Source: Camelus dromedarius (lineage: Eukaryota). Taken from it: a DNA stretch of 64,000 nucleotides. Each line of letters starts with the position of its first letter. The stretch's first letter is position 1. The translations under genes and the position numbers were made by a program. Positions 63,831 through 64,000 of this stretch are shown here, one piece after another. Where the stretch lies: NCBI RefSeq assembly GCF_036321535.1, contig NC_087436.1:110920001-110984000 (forward strand). Direction: 5' to 3'. The notes beneath the pieces are model-generated. The model was given only the letters and a program-made list of their open reading frames with translations, ran no database searches and was not told the DNA's origin.

Positions 63831-64000
63831 TTTAGAAACTCAGCACATGGACTGAAGGGCATAATGGACACAGCTGAAGATAAATATGTGAGTTAAAAAT
63901 TTAAGCCAGTTTATGCTCCCAGAACACAGCAAGAAAAGACAATGCTTTAAATGTATAAAAGAAACTTCAAGAAATATGTCAACTAGATTCAGAAGTTTAG

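Overview
Mammalian, AT-rich, repeat-dense intronic or intergenic DNA. Three tRNA-derived SINEs resembling the camelid Vic-1 family suggest a camel or alpaca genome (inference). I cannot support any intact protein-coding gene; nearly all listed ORFs are chance ORFs or transposon remnants. The window holds L1, L2 and MIR fragments, MaLR/ERVL LTRs, a near full-length Tigger1, hAT and Tc2 DNA transposons, and two processed pseudogenes. One is a DYNLL1 copy inside a nested insertion cluster at ~49.0-50.8 kb. The other, the most interesting element, is a short retrocopy of only the 5' end of LUC7L3 at ~12.28-12.62 kb (minus strand). Despite heavy divergence it remains the only CpG island in the window, carries NRF1 and YY1-like motifs, and is followed by a strong splice donor. 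It is therefore a candidate exapted promoter and first exon. Other structural oddities are a twin-primed (5'-inverted) L1 with a 13-bp TSD, a 38-bp L1 micro-insertion into a palindrome, and an orphan polyadenylated segment. Family names were assigned from recalled consensus sequences, not from a database search, and the boundaries of old repeats are approximate.
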